DNA of 63,766 bases, counting the filler, from Nemertoderma westbladi (Eukaryota; Animalia; Xenacoelomorpha), in assembly GCA_032718475.1 (NCBI GenBank). It is 3 parts of 3 records of this genome, joined end to end, with 100 filler letters (N's around TTAATTAATTAA, not from the genome) between each part and the next. Parts side by side here need not be neighbours in the genome. Positions count along the whole stretch, not along the records: positions 45,171 to 63,766 come from JAUCBJ010002010.1; 2 more parts are not named here. The stretch is one strand, 5' to 3'. The notes under the pieces are model-generated. The model searched no databases. It was not told the origin of the DNA and was given only the letters and a program-made list of their open reading frames with translations. How positions within the stretch are numbered: position 1 is the stretch's first letter; the number at the start of each line of letters is the position of its first letter. Position numbers and translations under genes: made by a program. Of the stretch, positions 60,594 to 63,766 are shown piece after piece.

Positions 60594-62935
60594 TTGTGGC
60601 GAGCCACGAAATTGGCGGAGCCATAGCGAACTGACACTGTTAGGAAAGGGGGGGGGGGGGGGGGGGGGTGTCAATAATGGCAAATATATAGTTGTTGTCG
60701 TCGTTACGATTTTGACATGGTAATAAAATAGTCGAATTTAGAGCTGTTGAGTTGAAAATTTGTAGGCATCAATATGACCAAAATTTTCGACTTTTTAGAG
60801 ACTTTTAGACGCCATCCGTTCAACAGTCTCCCGCTAGAAGGCTACATGTCTTAAACATTAAACTTCCTCCAATTTCTTTACATTAAATGCGTTCAAGCTG
60901 AAACTTGGGTGATTTATACTACAACATTACACCATGTCCCAGAATATAGTGTCGTAATTCAATATAGTGTCCTAATTTTTCTACAAATCTTAATGATTGT
61001 AATATGATTGTTAATGATTGTATGAAATTTGAAACATAAATAGTTTCACTTCTCGAGCACTGACTGGGTGAGACAGGGTGAGCTGACTGTTAAACTGGCC
61101 GTGCAAGGATTCCAAATATGTATCGCAATCTGAATTTTGTCGTAAAATAGCTGAGATATGGGCGTTCTAAAGTTGCATGGTTTTACACCTGCACGAGGCT
61201 ATTTTATTCTATTTAATAAGGAGGACCTAGGAGGGAGGTGAAACTATCTTAGTTTACAAATCTTAGGTTACAAATGTCATGCAATCTCATTACGATTTGT
61301 AGTTGGGGGGGGGGGGGGGGGGGGGGGCAGGTACCGGGTACCTGAATCACGACACTAAATTCCAGGACATGGTGTATTCTGGAACATTTTGTTAATGTAT
61401 GAATAGCTACGTAATAGTATGATTAAAGTTAAAGATGTAATGCATGAATAAAAATGTGCAATGAGTAAAAATTCTGGCGCACCCACGGAGGAGAAGGAGG
61501 GAGTTGAAACTATCTCTATTTCAAATTCCATGGAATCTCATTAAGATTTTGAAGAAAAATTAAGGGGAGGGGGGGGGGGGGGCGTGTCGCTTAGTTTAGA
61601 GGATTGAAATGAAGGAAACGATGGAAGATTTTCACTTTCAAACATTTCGCCCTTTAGCGGCTGACGAATAAATGAAACCCCTTTGATTGAAACAGCGACA
61701 TGATGTAGTACAAATCTGTCAATCATATCAATTTAATGCAAAGAAATGGGAGGACGTTTAATGTGTAGACAAGACATGTAGCCCTATTGATGCCTACAAA
61801 TTTTCAACTCGACAGCTTTAAAGCCTACAAAGTTATTAGCATGTCACAATGGTAACGCAGATGATGACAACAACTATTTGCCATTATTGACCCACCCCCC
61901 TAACAGTGTCCGTTGGCTAACGCTCCGCCAACTTCGTGGCTCGCCCCACAATGGCTGGATCTTTGTTGGGCCGCTGGTTCCATCGAGACCTCTAAAGTTA
62001 GGCGCTAGAGGGGTAAATAATGTGTGAAAGTGAAAACATTCAGCCCTTTCGTATTATTGTTTATAATCCTTTCTTCCTGCTTGATAAATGGCATAATTCT
62101 AGAGGCATAATTTTTGTGAGGTCTTAAACCGTACAGTTACCAAGTCTGCATCTATAGGTTGTAAAGCGATTAGGAGACATGACATCTGCTTAGATTTTGC
62201 ATATAATTATTCTGAGTTGAAACTTAACTCAGTGCTGCGCGAAGGCTCCACTTCCTGCAGACCCATACAGACCAGACATTGGACCCAGTCCAGACATTAC
62301 AAACAATTAGATAAATTGTTGTGGGGCGAGCCGTGTAGTAGGCGAAGCCTTAGCTATAACCAACATTGTTAGAGGAGTGGGTGGAAAATTGGAAACAGTT
62401 GTTGTCGTCGTTGCTATTTTGACATGCGGATTAATTTTTTTCCGGGTTTAAAACTGCCTGAGTTGCATTGCAACAGTTAAAACTTTGTCGATTTCAATAG
62501 GACTAAAAGTTGAGATTTGTAACTGACTTTCAGACACCATCATTACAACAGACTCCCGCCAGGGGGCTAAACGTCTAACCATTAAATGCCCCCGTTTCTT
62601 TGTTTTAATCCGTGTACGCTGAAACTTGGCAGATATTTACTAGACAAATATCTTTGATGGGCGCTGATCCGCCTGCAGTTCTCCAATATGCCGCTAGAGG
62701 GCGAAATGTCCGAAAATTTAAAACCTACTGCCATTTCGTATTGTTCATAGTCATTTCGAGCTGATACGTAGCAGATATTTTCTAGACCTCAGGCTGAGTT
62801 TTCCACAGTTTTCCAGTCTGCCGCTTGAGGGCACAATTGAAAATGGGAATCTATGCGCATTGGTTTAAAATCCTTTCGAATTGATATTTGAAATATTTTC
62901 ATTTAACGTGCTGCGCTAAGCCCCACATGTGTGTG
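60594..62935. mobile_element. Cluster of copies of a Helentron/HINE-like non-autonomous family, in both orientations, in the PKC intron
   Basis: The 5' motif TGTGG(GG)CGAGCC...GGCG(G/A)AGCC is at 60594 (+), 61951 (-) and 62321 (+), with a relative at ~51863. The 3' motif GTGCTGCGC..AGCCCCAC is at ~62233 and ~62909. CCGCTAGAGGGC boxes are repeated. Classification is tentative. Confidence 0.55.
60930..61374. mobile_element. Tc1/mariner-type MITE nested in the HINE-like cluster
   Basis: TA TSDs. TIRs CACCATGTCCCAGAATATAGTGTCGT and ACGACACTAAATTCCAGGACATGGTG. Confidence 0.8.
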
Positions 62936-63766
62936 TTATGTGATTATTATTAAACTAAAATTGCTCGAACTACCTACATACTAACTTATTTATATCGCTT
63001 GGCCGGTTTTTAAATGAACTTGGGTGGCTTACGCATACTCCTTTTTATCTGTGAGATAATTTCATTAATAATTGATGCTCCTTTTTTTTTTTTTTTTACT
63101 AACTGGCTTTACTGTTTGTTCATATAATTTAATTATCATCAATTTTTATTTCCCCCTCTCTCCATGAGGTGGACTCCTCCTAATTGGAGTACGGTATAAT
63201 TATGTATCATCTTTCCGTTACTATGGTGTTGCCCTCCGCTGATGTTGCCTTCACTGTGTGTATCGGTTATTCAGTTAGCAGGTTGGCTGAATTAATTGGT
63301 TATCGTTCCTCGCTAGATTAGGGTTATTCTTGGACTCACAATAACCGTCGAACTGACGTATGCACTGGCCTGTGTGCTGTCAAATTCTATGAAAGCTCTC
63401 ACGTTAATAATCATTTATTTTCTGTAATGTATGCTATTTTTCTGTGTACGGAATTAATTTAAACTTATATTGGATCTATGATGATAAAAAACAAACCTTT
63501 TTTACCACGCTCGATATAAGTTATTATTTATTAAATTTATTCATTTTTCTCATGGATCCATGGATGACAAGTATACTCTTATAGTCTTCTTAACAAAATT
63601 TTAATTAGATTTCCCACCTTTATGGCGGTACCCGGTACTTTTAAGTAACAGACGTGTAAATTATTGATTTGACCAAACTGAGGTGTTCCAAGCTTATATA
63701 GCACGGATTACATTTCAAACACGTCGTGGGGCCTTCGCACATCACGAAGTCTATGAACCAATTAGT

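Noticed and set aside
58400-63766. Downstream PKC exons (C2 domain)
   Set aside because: No NLIPMDPNGLSDPYVK-like sequence was found by eye. The region looks like intron filled with MITEs, though a short exon could have been missed.

Overview
This is AT-rich, repeat-dense eukaryotic DNA, most likely from an invertebrate animal, in three contigs joined by two artificial 100-bp gap linkers (16332-16431 and 45071-45170). Two host genes are recognisable and point away from each other. One is a complete 4-exon cereblon (CRBN) gene on the minus strand (31322->27277, about 458 aa by my splice reconstruction). The other is the first coding exon of a conventional protein kinase C on the plus strand (57917-58399: pseudosubstrate, C1A, C1B). 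A ~10.4-kb array of a 29-bp unit, with a ~4.55-kb internal duplication, begins 165 bp past the CRBN stop codon. Most of the rest is nested transposons. Retroelements: a young Mag-type Ty3/gypsy element whose RT active site reads LVDG, two older gypsy remnants, L1/Tx1, CR1, L2-like and RTE LINEs, and a tRNA-derived SINE. DNA elements: a Mutator-like family with 9-bp TSDs and 68-bp internal minisatellites, piggyBac, hAT, Harbinger and Tc1-type elements. There is no CRISPR array, rRNA or genuine tRNA. I cannot demonstrate a new biological system here. The best leads are the satellite possibly lying in the CRBN 3' UTR, the GC-rich intronless CRBN last exon with an altered ligand pocket, the intact but RT-dead young LTR element, and a composite Mutator copy with a perfect hairpin junction. 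Family names come from recalled motifs, not database searches.
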